DNA of 63,975 nucleotides, filler included, from Intoshia linei (GCA_001642005.1; 6 parts of 6 records of this genome joined end to end with filler, not necessarily neighbours in it), one strand, 5' to 3'; counted from the first letter of the whole stretch, positions 45,400 through 59,901 are shown. The notes: generated from the sequence alone by a model not told the origin. Program-made: numbers and translations.

Positions 45400-45644
45400 T
45401 TCGAATAGAATGAATACAAAAAATTGAATGTTTAAAATAATATAATGAAATTTATTTATATTAAATGTTGTAGTGTTGTTATAGAGTGAACGAGTTGTCG
45501 CTCACTTTATAATTTTGTATTAACCCTTTAACTGTCTGTGTATTCTATACCAGTGATTCCCAAATGGGGCCTTGGCCCCACTAGGGGGCCTACAGAGTCT
45601 GAGGGAGTATTACAATTATAATTTAATTTAAATAAATTCTCAAA

Positions 45645-45793
45645 ATGAACAATATATTGAAATCACTACCAGAATTATTTGACAAGTTTGGAAAATTCAA
45701 AGAAGATCCAAAGGATTGGATAGAAAAATTTGAATTAATTGTCACGCTTGCAAATGATAAGGAAGAGAAAAAAGTAGCGTTACTCAAATTAAG
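45645..45793 (+). mobile_element. Gag-like ORF start, truncated by the gap
   Basis: F.EDPKDWIEKFE..EEKKVALLKL resembles LTR-retrotransposon Gag N-termini. Confidence 0.45.
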
Positions 45794-45893
45794 NNNNNNN
45801 NNNNNNNNNNNNNNNNNNNNNNNNNNNNNNNNNNNNNTTAATTAATTAANNNNNNNNNNNNNNNNNNNNNNNNNNNNNNNNNNNNNNNNNNNN
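45794..45893. other. Artificial gap spacer
   Basis: N44-TTAATTAATTAA-N44. Confidence 0.98.
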
Positions 45894-48800
45894 TCACCAA
45901 AAATTGCTCTAACTCCATCCATTGATTGTAAACGGGTCGATGAATCACTTGCAGTGAATACTCGTTCTTGTTTTTTAATAGTATCTCGAACACTGTTTTC
46001 AATAACTGAAAGTTGGTGTTCATTTAAAGGACTATTATGACTATAATCAAATCTCAACCGGTCTGGGGCAACTAAACTTCCCTTTTGGTCAGAGTTTGGC
46101 AATTCTTCTCTAATGGCAAAATTTAATAGGTGAGTTGCTGTGTGATTATTCATAATAAGCTTTCGACGGCTGAAATTAACCTCCAAGTTTACTAAATATC
46201 CCACTTTTAAATTTGAACACATTAACTGTCCAACATGAAGAATATAATTTCCATTAACTTGTGTATCCAAAACTTGAAAACATATTGTATCGTCATCTTC
46301 AACGTCGGATGGGTTAGATGATTTTTCAGACATGTTTATCAAACAAAACATACCAATATCACCTATTTGTCCTCCTTGTTCAGCATAAAAATTGGTTCGA
46401 TTCAAAATAATACCGCAGTATGTGCTATTCTAAATTTCACAATTTAATTTATTAAAATTTAATCAAAACAAAAAGTTTATAAAACTAGTAAAACATTTTT
46501 TTTAGAGCTTAAAATATCCTTTATATAGAAATGTTAATTATCCTTACTTATATAAACAGTGCCGAACCTATCGCACCCAAACTCCTCTTCTGGCTTCATT
46601 ATTCCAACTTTAACATTAAAAAGATTTATTCTTGAATTTTAAAGACAATTTTCCGACCAATATTTTGTAGGGTTATTAAATGAACATTTTTTAAATTTTA
46701 AGGGATCTTTAAAAATTGTGTGAAAAAAATATACCCTTAAAAACGTTACCAAACTTGGGACCCAAAATTTTCCATAAAAAAACTCAAAATTTCGTGAAAA
46801 AATCAATATGACAAATTAATAAAATCAATGATTATGTCGCTCCAAGATATCGATCCAACAATACATAGCTCAAATGTATGACTCTCAAATTAATGTCGTT
46901 AAATTTTAAGAAAGAGTCTTGGATAGGTGACTAGGCCATATGACACTATGTATGGTTATCAAAAAAAAATGTGTCTGCAAGGATGTTTGCTACTTTTTCA
47001 ATAACTAAAAAAGTTATTTTGCACATAAATTGCTTTTTTATCAATAAACTATTCCATAATTTATGTTTTATAAAATTTTAAGATGTTTAATTTTTAAAAT
47101 AAAGGGTAATTTGTGGTTTTGACTATGAAGGTATGCGTTTCTGAGGCTGAAATTACCACAATGTTAATTAATTTAAAACGCGTCCCAGAATGTATGTTTT
47201 ATTAACTTTTTAGGCTAATTAATTTTTTACAATATAGGGAAAATTGGACTCTTGCCCTGAACAACTCAAATTAAAAAACTAAAAAATAAATATAAACACG
47301 CTCTCGGTAAAACTGTATTAGATATTGGGTTTTTTTAATTCTACGACTGTCAATTTTTTAAATAAACGGTAACACACACACAGAAATTCATTTTTGTATC
47401 AATAAAGAATAATACAAAATTTAAAAAAACAAAATTAATTTATAATTTCCTCCCAAAAATGCAATTATTGTGGGTTATACATCAATATTAGAATAAATAT
47501 AAGATTATGACTTCATTATATGCATTTTCCACTTTTGGATGGTTTCTCTGTGCAGGTCTACCATGCTTTTTTGGTAAATTTGGTTTTCTTCAATTAATTT
47601 CTAGCTCATTTATTTTGGATTTTGAATTCCTCATATTTAAGCACAAAATCAATAGTTAACCCTTAAAAAAATTTTATTTGTAGGAATATTAGTTATTGAA
47701 TATTTTTTGTTTTAATAAAATACAATTAATATTATAATGTAATTACCAAATAAAAAAAATCAATGTTAAAGTGCTTTTTTGAGAGTTAAGGCATCACTTT
47801 ATCGATGATTCAAAATTTTTGTGTATGTTAACTGAATATAACTATGTTTTTTAAATTTTATTTAAATCCTAAGACTCATTTCATTTTTAAAAAATAATCC
47901 CATAATTTATTTTTATAACATTCTTAGGATTTTATTAAATTAAAAATAAAAGTGTCAATTGTAGTTTTGACCATGAAGATGTAAGTTTGTAAGGTTGAGA
48001 TTTACGACAATGTAAATGATCTTAAAATAAATCTAGATTGTATGTTTTTTTAATTCTAGGGCTGTTTTATTTTTAAAAAAAAAAGGGAAATAAATTTTTT
48101 ACCCTATAGAACTCAATTTCTGGAAATAAAACTTGCATAAAAACAGCATTAGAAAATTAGTTTTTTTAAATTCTAGAACTGTTAATTTTTTAAATAATCG
48201 GCAATAACCCACAGACATTCAATTTTATATACAAAAGTAGTACATGTATGTAAGTAAAATATCACAAAAGTGGTAATTTTTTTTTTATTAAATTATGGAA
48301 ATTAAAATTTTAACTAATAATGAATATAAAAATGTATTATACTATAACATTGTGACATTTGAAGTCATAACGAATGTTATTCAGTAAACTCTAGTGATAT
48401 TAAGAAGTGCACTATCATTTTGGTAAACGCTGTATAAAATAACTGGATACGTTATATTTACCTTCATTAAAAAATTTTTATCATGATCAAAAAACATTTT
48501 GGCTTAAATGGATATGGCTTCGAAAAGGTTGGAAAATCCTAGTCTGTGTAACCATTTAGTTAGAAAGTTGAGTGCCAGAAATTTAAAAAGCACAACTTAT
48601 AAGTCAGCTATCACCGGAACAGAAGGTAAGATAAATTTGTAAATATAACTTTGACAAATTTGTATCTTTACGCATAAATCCCAATTACGTTTTAAATTGA
48701 AAAAAATTTAAATTAAAAAAATGGAAAAAAAACTAAATACTAGAATTAAAAAAAAAAATCATAGTTAATACAGCTTTTCCAGTTAAATTCAAAAAAAATG

Positions 48801-50656
48801 TCAATTTAAGAAATGAATGCCTTCACGTTTAAAAAATCACTTTACTGTGCATTTTTTACATTTAGAAATGAAAAATTTGCTCTATTTAAGAACGTGTAAA
48901 AATATATCTGAAAATATTCGTCTCGGTAAACCATCCACTACCATAAAAAGAATAATAATGGTCCGCCTTATTAACGTGTACGTCAATTAATTTAAAAATA
49001 ACCTCATAATTATCACCGAATGAAACTACATTATTAACACTATCAACAAGTTCAAGACTTTCATTTACAATTGCAACAATTTTAGCTTGGGGCTTTTCAA
49101 AAATATATTCACCATCTTTATCGTAAGAATAATTATACTTGTGAAAACTCTCAGTATATTCAACAGACCTTTTATTTAACTGTCCAATTAAAGCCGGATT
49201 TAAATCAATCATTTTGACATTTTTATTGCTGCTCCTAGATGAAGTAATTTTCGATTTCTGCATACATTCATTATACTGATTCATATCAACAGTAAGTTTA
49301 CACTCTGCTGCCATATTTTGTGTCAAATCGATAGGAAAACCAAACGTATCATACAATTTCCAAGCCAATTTACCAGACATTTCAGTCTTACCATCTTGTT
49401 TAACTTTTTCAACAGTATTATGAAAAATTCGCTGACCTCTTTTTAAAGTTTTTAAAAATTGAGCTTCTTCGGTGTCTATAACTTGCTTAACCAATTCGAC
49501 CTTACTTTTAATTTCCGGGTAAGCATCACAGAGTAAATTAACTACTACATCAACCAAACTAGAAATTTGACCAGGTTTACCATTCAATTTCTCATTAAAA
49601 TAACGAACAGCCCGTCTCACGATTCGTCTAATAACATATCCACGGCCAGTGTTATTTGGACGACACCCATCTGATACTGCTATAACTAGAGTTCTGATGT
49701 GATCGGCAATAATTCGATAAGCCGTATCTATTGAATCAACGTCATCAGAACCACATAAATCTTGATAATTTCGACATTTTGTCAACTCTTGAATTTTATG
49801 AAAAATTGGAATGAATGCATCCGTTTCATAATTTGAATCAGATCTCTGCATGACTGCTGTTAATCTTTCCAAACCCAACCCAATATCAACATGCTTTTTT
49901 GGCAACATTTGCAATTTTTTATTAATATTCAAGTTATATTGGATAAATACTAAATTTCCCAACTCAATCACATCTTGAGTGTCTCCGTTCACCAATTCAA
50001 CTGCACTTTCACTGAGAAAGAAATCGTCATATTTGGACCAACCTCTTTTATCAAAATGTATTTCTGTGCAAGGACCACAGGGTCCCGTTTCACCCATCAT
50101 CCAGAAATTTTCTTGATCAAAAGGTAATACGTGAGTTTCTTCTATACCAAGTTTAAGCCACAAATCTCTAACTTCGTAATCTGGGTCAATTTTCAGTTCT
50201 TTACTGCCAGAGTAATACGTAACGTAAATTCTTTCCATAGGTAAACCAATTTTATTGATGAATAAATCATACACCCATGTAATAATTTCCTTTTTAAAAT
50301 AATCTCCAAATGACCAACATCCAAGCATTTCGAAAAAGGTGTGATGGTAATTGTCAAACCCTACATCGTCCAAATCATTGTGCTTTCCTCCAGCTCTAAT
50401 ACATTTTTGACTATTGACGACACGGTTAAGGTCCTTGAGTGGCGAATTATTTTCCATTGAATCGAGAAATATGGGTTTAAACTAAAATTACATGAAATTA
50501 ACTCACTCATAGTACCTGATTCATTCCAGCATTACAAAATAGAATAGAATTGTCTTTATAAGGAATAACAGACGATGAGTGCCAATATTTATGATTTTTT
50601 TCTTTAAAAAAGTCGATAAAAAGCAATCTAACATCATTTGAACCGACTTTTTCCAT
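45894..50656 (-). CDS. AARS1: Alanyl-tRNA synthetase; 3' end lost at the gap
   Basis: NAGMNQFK, SQKCIRAGGKHNDL, HHTFFEMLG, GPCGPCTEIH, IADHIR, GRGYVIRR, LYDTFGFP, FYAEQGGQ, editing HTATH, QKGS, RLRFD. Confidence 0.98.
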
Positions 50657-50915
50657 TTTAATAAAAATTTGATATCATGTAAATAATTTAAGATAAATTT
50701 GATAAAAGGTAATCAATTTGATCAAAATAAAAATAAAAATTATTTCAAAATGAGATCAAAAAGTTATGTTTGAATTAAAAATTTAAATTACACAATTTTA
50801 TCATTTATTTCATTCTATTGTTTAATTGTATAGTATACAATTTTAGTTTCATAATTTTAAATAAAATGTAATTTTAATTGTCATCAGTGTTTATTAATGT
50901 ATAGATAATCACAAT

Positions 50916-53900
50916 ATGGATTATACAAAATTTGAAGTTGATCACAGTTTAATAAACTCAAACTTTTTGTGTTACAAGTTGAATTCTGATAAATTGCTCA
51001 AGAAATCAATTTATTTAAAGAATAGTAATTTTTATCATCATTTGGGTCAACATATTTGGACAATCAAAGTTCACCCTGTCACAATATTAACATTTTGAGA
51101 ATACTTAATTTGTACTCAATTTCGCCTTGATTATAAATTTCCACTTATAGTTTATTTGGAATAAATTTTAAACCAATAATTTTATGGGTCATCATAGATA
51201 AGTAGTTTTGGCTATTTATTATGTATTATTATTTATTATTATATTTATTTATTATATTTTCATTAAATTTAATAATTAAAGTATATAAAATGATGAAAAC
51301 AATTGTTACATATAAATATTTTAGGGGTCCATGATAAACACTTTGAGAATCACTGACTTAAAGCCTTTACTTAAATTTAAAATTAAATGTATGTGTCTGT
51401 TACTGTATATTAAAAAATTATCACTCCTAGAAGTTAAACAAACCCACATTCTAAAACAGTTTTTCGAAAGACATTTGTTTATGCTAGTTTTATTCTTAGA
51501 AATTGAATCCTTCATGTTCAAAACCCAACTGTACTTTTTGTTAAAAATAAAATCAGCCCTAGAATTTGAAAATATATACATTTTCGGACACATTTTAAAT
51601 TCATTAACGTTGTCGTAAATCTCAGCCTCAGAAAGGTACATTTTCATGGTCAAAACCACGAATTATCTTTTTTCAAAATAAAAAAAGTTGTTGAATTTTA
51701 TAAAACATTAATTCTGGGATAGTTGCTAAAACCATAATCAGTATCATAAATCGCTACCCAAAAAAAGACCATTTTCACAATCAAAACCACAGATCACTCT
51801 TTTTTAAAAATTAAAAAAATCCTATAACAGGCGTTCTCAACCTTTTTTCGCTGTGGACCCCCAAAAAATTAATAATAATTACAATTTTTAATGAATCATT
51901 ACATTTGTGTGAAACCAATGATGGCCAAATGATATGGAGTACTCTAGTTTTCCGAGATGATGAAGTTAATGAACTATTAATATTAAACAAATTTTTAAAT
52001 TTTAATACTAACATTATTATTCAATTTTACAATATATGCAGTTAAGCAATCCTGTGAAGAAAAAATGTCGATCCTAATCAATTTTAGTTTTATTTTATTT
52101 GTATTAAACTTTTTTCTACAAAATCACTAACATAAAGTCACTTTTTCATAGTTAAGGTCATATTTTAAAATCGTAAAGTGTTTTTTTCAAAACTAAAGTC
52201 AGTTTTATGTGTTTACTTCTTTGAATAAACGACTTTATTATTTGAAAATATGACTTTATGTACTGAAAATGTGTATAATTTTCATGGACCCCGTTGAGAG
52301 TGGCTGTCTTAGAATACCATTTCAAAATATTATTTTTTTGGACTCCAAAGGAAACCTGAAATATAAAAAATTTATTAACAATTAAAGTAAAAAATTAAAG
52401 TATTTTTTCTCATAAGATTTAGTAAAATCATGTTTTTATAAAAAATATTGGAAAAAGTTATTTTTTCGATTAAGTGTTGATAAAATTGTATTTTTTATTT
52501 TGGATTAAGAAGTTGTTACTCATAAAATTTATTAAAATCGGATTTTTAAACGAAAATATTAGAAAAAGAGGATATTTCCTTTAAGGGTTGGTAAAATTAT
52601 CGGTAAAAGTAAATTTTTCCCTGAGGGTTTGAAATGGTATTTTTTATTAAATTTTATGAATGGTGGGATAAAAGTGGGATTTTTTAATTTATAATGTAGC
52701 GGTCGTCTAAGATTTGGGATAAATTCCCAATATCTGGCAATTCTGTAATAAATATTAAAAATTCTCCTATAAAAATAAATAAAAGTTGATAATTTTGTAT
52801 ATTTTATTTGAATCTCACGAACCTTAGGATTATAGTTTTAGATCCCAAGGGATCCAGTGACCCCAATCGTTAACCACGACAGTGGATATATCATATTAAT
52901 AATTTAAACATTTTGATTAGGGCCTATACAAGTTGATCAAAATTATAATTTTTTCTCTAAACAACACTTACAACAGTTTGCTGATGGTACTAATCGATTT
53001 TTTTATTTTAAGAAAAATTTTGGCAAAGAAAACGTTTTTTGTTATTTTGATGCAAATTTAAATATTATTGAAATTACACAGGTATGCAGTTGCTTTTATA
53101 TATAAACTAGCTTGTTTCGTTTTTTATTTTTTACATTTGATTATCTAATATGTTATATTACATTACATTACTAATTTTAAAGTTTTTATCTGAAAAATTG
53201 CGCCATCGCTATACCCATCTACTCTTTTTACTAAGTACTAAACGGACAAGCTTGTTTGTAAATTAAATATACGTATTATATTATATATTATTATATATAT
53301 TATAACATATATATGTATTATATTTTAATATTTAAATTGATTTTGAATCGAATTCAGTGTTAAAATTTCTTACCAACATTATGTTCAATAATTTTAAATA
53401 CACATACTGGACACTGTCCGCTCACAGTCTTGTTTTATGTGATTAACTGTAACGTATTAATGTTACTGTTTTCCAAATTGTCCGAGTCTCGGTCTACTTG
53501 AAATAATATTAATAAATCCACATTTTTATGAAAATTATAGACTGCAGAGGGTGTATTTACAGAAACTGAATATTTTACGGATTTGAAAGATTTTAAATCA
53601 AATCCTGAATATTATCCATACATTGAACTTGTTTCCAACAATTCTGACAACTATATTGTAGCACTAGGAGAAACATTATTTTACTTATCCAGGGAAAAAA
53701 ATGAAAATAGGTTTAAGGTAAATGTTTTTAATAATCTTTCTAAAATTTTCATTAGGCTTTGTCTTGTTGTAAATTTGAAGAATCTATTTCAGTGCTATGT
53801 GTTAAAATTCATGTTGAAGGTTTAAATTGTGTTTCTATTTTTGTTTGTCAAGTTTTACATAAAAGTTTGTTTCAAGAAGTACCTTCAGGAGGTTCTAATT

Positions 53901-54930
53901 ATTTGACACAAATTGATCATGTTTTGCTACAAGGTATTATTATTGTTTTGGAGAAGGATTAAGGATTTTTTAATTATATTAATGTTTTTCTTTTCCGAAA
54001 GTGTAAACGTACATAAAATTATGGTGTATATAAAATGATTACTTAGTTTCCAATTCTTTTTTTGATGAACATTTTTAAAAGTTTCTAAAATTGTCTATAT
54101 TTTTAATAATTTAGATTCTATATTGACAAAAATGGAAACTATTTATTCTATTCACTACCCAAAGTTTCTGTCTTATTCTCCAAAGCACGATATTTGCTTG
54201 GTCGTTGCTTCCAGTGGTGTTCATTTTAATATAGAAGATTTATTAAAAGAATTTCCAAAATGTACATTTTTATTGTAGAAATTTCTATTGACAGTCACAG
54301 ATTCTGACTCACAGTACGAATGATTATTTTTTATATTTAGTCTATTTAAGACAATATAAGAGCATCTTAATGGTTAATTTAAATTGAGGGGTTTTTGGTT
54401 ATTTTTTTATTATTTTGAAAAATTATTTCCCAATTTTTTTGATGGTGTCATCATATACTATGATTAGGCCTGTGGAGAGGGGTTAGAGCATATGACCCGT
54501 CTACTTTTTTAATGTATTAATAGGTAATGTTGAAATTAATGAATTTTGGTGTCATTATTTTGATAATTGTATTGTAATTGAAGTATAAGAATTACATTTT
54601 AATTGTTATTAAATTTAATTTGTTTAGCTAAGGACTTAATAAATTCAAACTTAAATTATACATTTTCTGAAAATTTATCTCAAGTAAAAATAGACATAAA
54701 AATCGAAAATATACCATACGATTCAGCTAATGTTGTAATTTCACAAAATAATTTAAAAGTATTTGTCCACTATACAACTAACATTGATTCATTATCTGGT
54801 TGCTTATTTGAAAATGTTGACTGTGATGGATCGAATTGGAGTGTAAAGGATAATTAGTAATATTTAATCATTAAATTGAAAAATTAAGTATCCATTATTT
54901 TTAAAAGAGTAGGTTTGCCTTTTATTGCTA
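50916..54930 (+). CDS. NUDCD1: NudC domain-containing protein 1-like; 3' part lost at the gap
   Basis: N-terminal LINSNFLCYKL (cf. LLDPRFEGYKL), SKQHLQQF, and CS-domain exon YTFSEN..LSGCLFENVDCDGSNWSV. Confidence 0.7.
51828..52286. mobile_element. hAT-type MITE; related copy starts near 28999
   Basis: TIR CAGGCGTTCTCAAC / GTTGAGAGTGGCTG, degenerate 8-bp TSD; shared TTTTCGCTGTGGACCC segment. Confidence 0.7.
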
Positions 54931-54963
54931 ATTTTTGCCAACTAAATTTTCTCTAAAGTACTA

Positions 54964-56014
54964 CAGTCAACCCTCTACTAAGTGAACATTTGGGACTCGA
55001 ATATTTGAGTGTTCAAATTTTAACAAAAAAATTATTTCCATAGTAACTGTAAAATTAAAGCTGATATTATAACAATTCAGAAAAAAATATATAACTTATT
55101 TATTAATTTTACAAAGATAAATAAATAATAAACATTATTATAATAATTATATCAATTCATTTTTTCTTTCTTTGGTACAACCAAAGTATTCAGTTATTTT
55201 TGATGATCTTGCCAATTTTTCAGACTTTATTTCCTGCATTAAAGTCCATACACTTGATAATTTTTCTNCTCGTGTGTTGAATGCACTCACTCTTCGAGTT
55301 CATTCATTCTGCCAAACTCGTATTGTAAAGTGAAAATTATGCTCTAGACATGTATATAGCTATTATTAATTTTACATTTTACAAAGATAAATAAATAATA
55401 AACATTATTATAATAATTATATCAATTCATTTTTTCTTTCTTTTGTAGAACCAAATTAATCAGTTATTTTTGATGATCTTGCCAATTTTTCAGACTTTAT
55501 TTATTGCATTAAAGTCCATACACTTGATAATTTTTCTTGATTATGAATCATAAAAAATGTTTCTAATTTTTTAGCATGATTATTAGCTTCATAATGGGTA
55601 ATAGGTAAGATTTCTGGGTCTTCAAGTTCAGACATTATTTGATTTTTTTCATATGTATTATTTTTTTCAATGGTTATTGTATAGATTGTGTTTTGAAGCA
55701 AGAAAACGCTGTGTATTACGTTTGTCTTCATCAAACAAACGAATTAGTTTTTTCTTTCTAGATTCAACTAAATCTTTTCTTCATTTTTTTAAATTTTTTT
55801 TGTTCATGTTGCAGAAATAAAAATTTTTCGAAAAGCACATTTTGTATACAATAATTGTGAATAACAATAAGAACTTCACTTTAATTTGGATAAAGAATGT
55901 TCATTGTTCACGTAGTAGAATTTTCACGATTAATTTACTTTTTTCATAGTAAACTATAACAAATTTTTTGAGTTGTTCATTATTGGAGAAGTTCACGTTA
56001 TAGAGGGTTGACTT
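54964..56014 (-). mobile_element. pogo/Tigger-type deleted element
   Basis: TIR CAGTCAACCCTCTA / TAGAGGGTTGACT, TA TSD; C-terminal remnant ..SSKITD; internal ~160-bp duplication next to an N. Confidence 0.8.
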
Positions 56015-56313
56015 TACATTTTAATTTTTTATTTCAATGGAAATTAAAATTAATTATAATTTATAATTCATTAATCCTCGAATTCGATAGTATCGAAATG
56101 AACGGTCAACTAATTGTATTGAAAATTTTAAGTAGTTTTTAATTAAATATATGTATAAAAAGTTACTTTTATCGTTTTTTGTACCGTTTTATTGTACTTT
56201 TTAGGGCAAACGCAATCGAATCAGTACCCTTTATATTGAAACTAGCTTGGCAATTTTTTCTACGTACAAACAGCACCTAGCTCTACTGAGGGCACTCTTT
56301 TATTATACCAAAA

Positions 56314-56413
56314 NNNNNNNNNNNNNNNNNNNNNNNNNNNNNNNNNNNNNNNNNNNNTTAATTAATTAANNNNNNNNNNNNNNNNNNNNNNNNNNNNNNN
56401 NNNNNNNNNNNNN
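56314..56413. other. Artificial gap spacer
   Basis: N44-TTAATTAATTAA-N44. Confidence 0.98.
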
Positions 56414-56683
56414 ATTCTTGAAAAGAGTCTGTTGATTTTTGAGCTGGTTTTTCAATGTCTCTAATTTCTTTTTTCTGTCATCTCCTTCAAGTTTTGTAAT
56501 CTGATTATTAAAATGAAGTTTATAGTGCTTTTCAGCGTTGCATTTCTTTATTATTGAGATATTGCTTCTGCAGATCAGGCAAATCATTCCAGACTTATTC
56601 TGAATTAAAAAATAGTCGTTTTCCCACTCTAAATTAAAAATTCTGTTTTTTGATGAATATTTTCGTTTCTTTTGTGCGGACAT
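56414..56683 (-). mobile_element. hAT (SPIN/Buster, GTF2IRD2-like) transposase N-terminus, truncated by the gap
   Basis: KKRK..RIFNLEWENDYF..CLIC..KKCNAEKHYKLH BED finger, then LK.QQ..F. Confidence 0.88.
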
Positions 56684-57358
56684 CCGATGGTGGTAAAAAT
56701 TTTTATTTCTTTAAAAGTGAAAAAATTGATTGACAAGAATATCGAGAAAACAAGTCAGATTTCAAATTCAAGATGCATTTATTATAAGATAAACTACTCT
56801 CGAAGGCAATATATTGTTTTTTGAACTGTCAATTAAAATTTTCACTTTTTTGCAAAATTTTTCTGAGGCCGCAGATGCATATCTTTAGCTTAGCGGGTTA
56901 ACATCCAATGAATCATTCAAAAATTTTTACTAAAATTTTAAATAATTTCAAAATCGAACCATTTTTACTAAAAATACAAATTTACTAACCCTATAGGGAA
57001 AAATCTAATTTTACCAACATTTTAGGCAAAATCCTTTCTGACATTGATATGTCATATTTAATAATATTGCTAATGTGCGTACAATTTGAGCGCATTCATT
57101 AATAAAACAGGTATATAACCTACCATTCCTAAAAAGTTGATTTAAATTAAAGAAGTAATTGCTAATTTTAATAATAGTTATTAATAGTGACTAAGTTAAA
57201 AATGTTTGTTCATTTATTGTTAGAGTATAATTAATGCAACCTTTAAATAAATATATGTATGTTATTAGGTCAACATACATTTATACATGTATTTAGAAAC
57301 AAAAATGACTTGGTCATTTTCAACTCTAAATTATAAAATAGTTCATTTTGTACGTTAA

Positions 57359-57637
<279 letters not shown>

Positions 57638-57789
57638 CACATTTAAAATTTAATAAATGTATAAAACATGGCAACATTTTAAAATATATTTGCATTATCT
57701 AGGAAATTTTATTTGCTTAAATTGTATCGTACAACGTACAAATATCGTATGATCAAAGTAAACATTCTCATATCTTTGTGGAATTAAAG

Positions 57790-59156
57790 ATGGTAATGTA
57801 TTGGTGTTTTCAATGGGTCAATCGACATCTTATGCATCTCGTGCAGCGTATATTGTGTAGCAGTGAGTTTAGAAATTATGACTATGAAGCACCGTTGAAA
57901 TGTACAACTTTAATAAAGGAAATTAGAAAACAAACGTTAAACCTCAAAAATAAACTGTCAAATTGTCAAATGTACTATTCTGTCGGTTCATTTTGTTACA
58001 ATTATCATTGTGTTTCAAATTTTTGTCATTATTTTGTAAAAGGCTGTTTATTCAACCTTGAAAAGCGACTCAGATCGATGATACCATTAATTTCGCAACT
58101 ATGCATAATTTCCCGACCAATTATGGATCATGTTACAGGATGTAGTTCCGAAAAAACCAAGAAATATAACAATGACTTGGCCAAAGTAATTTTAGACTTG
58201 GAAAATATACTAAATTCACCTTTCAATAAAAGCATCCATTTCATAAACGATATTGCCAACAATTTTGACTTTGATGAGTAAATTTTCAATTTAATTTTCT
58301 AATTTTGAAAATTTAGACAAACGAAATATAATGGATTTCGCAGTACATTACATGTCACTGCTCTATGTTTAAATCATATTTTAATTAATTTGAAGAGTTT
58401 GAAATTAGAAATGGACCCCAAGTATATACGCAGAATTCAAGAATTTAATTTTGTCTTGATTCAATTACGAAGTTCTCTGTATTACGCAGAATACAATTTT
58501 AAAAATCATGCACACATAACCTACCCAGAGTCAATAATTTGCCAAAAAATGGTTACTCCTAATCATTACGTCATGTCACAAAGTGAAAAATTGGATCAAT
58601 CAAAATTCTTTGGATATACTGTTGGATATCATGTATTTTTTGTTGTGTTTTTTTTATTTTCATCTAGTATCGACCATCTATTATACATACTATTCGATTT
58701 TTGTCTCTGGTTCAAGGTGTCATGGCTGAATCGTTTATTTACAATAATCTCAATCCTAATGCCAGCATTTTAAATCAATTTATTAAATGGACTAGAATTG
58801 TTAAAAATGTTTTGACAAACAGGTTGTATCGTGAATCAATATGTAAAAAGGTTATTCATTATATTAGAAGGGCAAAAAGTTGAAAAAAGCATCAAGCTTT
58901 GGGCTTATTATTCCCAATTAACTCACTTGTTTATTATTTTTTTAAAAATTTTTAATTCTCGTTTTTGGCGAATAGCCCAAGTTTCACTGTATTGGTACAG
59001 TAATAATATGATTTGTATATATTGTACTTAAAAATTTTGAACTATTTTGTAATTATAAATTAATTTTTTATTTAAGGTTATCATTCTAACCAGAAATGAA
59101 GGCATGGTGTTTATACTGTATTATTGGAAACTTATGGATTTGAAAGTTGTTGAGGT
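57790..59156 (+). CDS. LIPE: Hormone-sensitive lipase-like N-terminal region; catalytic part not in this contig, start uncertain
   Basis: FDFD..YNGFRSTLHVTALCLNHIL (cf. HSL FDLD..NGYRSLVHTARCCLAHL) and LDQSKFFGYTVGYH (cf. CFYGRCLGFQ). Confidence 0.75.
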
Positions 59157-59901
59157 ATAATTTTCTTTTTTTAAGTTTTAACCATCTGGCATCTCTACAG
59201 AGCTAGTAGTGAGAGCTTTACTATAAATATTTAAAGAAAACCTTTTTATTAGTGATCAATGCTAATTATTATTATCGTAAATAAAAAGGTTTGTATCTTT
59301 GAGCTAATTTATAGTTTATATTAGTTTTATAGTTTTGATTGCATAAAATGTGTATTTTTAGATGCTGTCGAATGTATTGACTCCACGTGTTCAATTCAAT
59401 GAATTGATAGTAATACAACATGGAGGATTCGATTTAAATATTAGAATAATTTCAAAATTTCCTTTGAATAATATGGTACATTATTACATGTATTAATTCT
59501 AAATTACTCAAAATATTGATTGATACAATGTATACTATACATATAATATATTATAACTAGGTTGACTGTTATGTACTACGTACAAAAGCTAGTAAAATTC
59601 TAGGACTTTTTTCATTTTTACAAAAAAGGGTAATTTGGGGTTTTGACAGTAAATATATACTACGTTCCAAATTATTAGATAAGTTATACAATTAATCACT
59701 TTAACTTATTAATTGTTCTTACAAAACATGATATGTATAAATAAAATAACATTTAATATTAAATTAAATCAAACTAATTAAACAAACAACACTATAAAAA
59801 AAGGAATATATTAATTAGTAATTGATGTAGTCACCTTGGTTTTCTAAGATCTTCAGAAGTCTATTGTCCATCGACCCGGTCAACATTTTTATTTGTACTG
59901 G

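Noticed and set aside
51321-52014. ORFs of 67-112 aa inside the NUDCD1 intron
   Set aside because: They overlap dispersed non-coding repeat copies and show no protein motifs
55104-55540. ~160-bp internal duplication in the pogo-like element
   Set aside because: It abuts a lone N at 55268 and is likely an assembly overlap artefact
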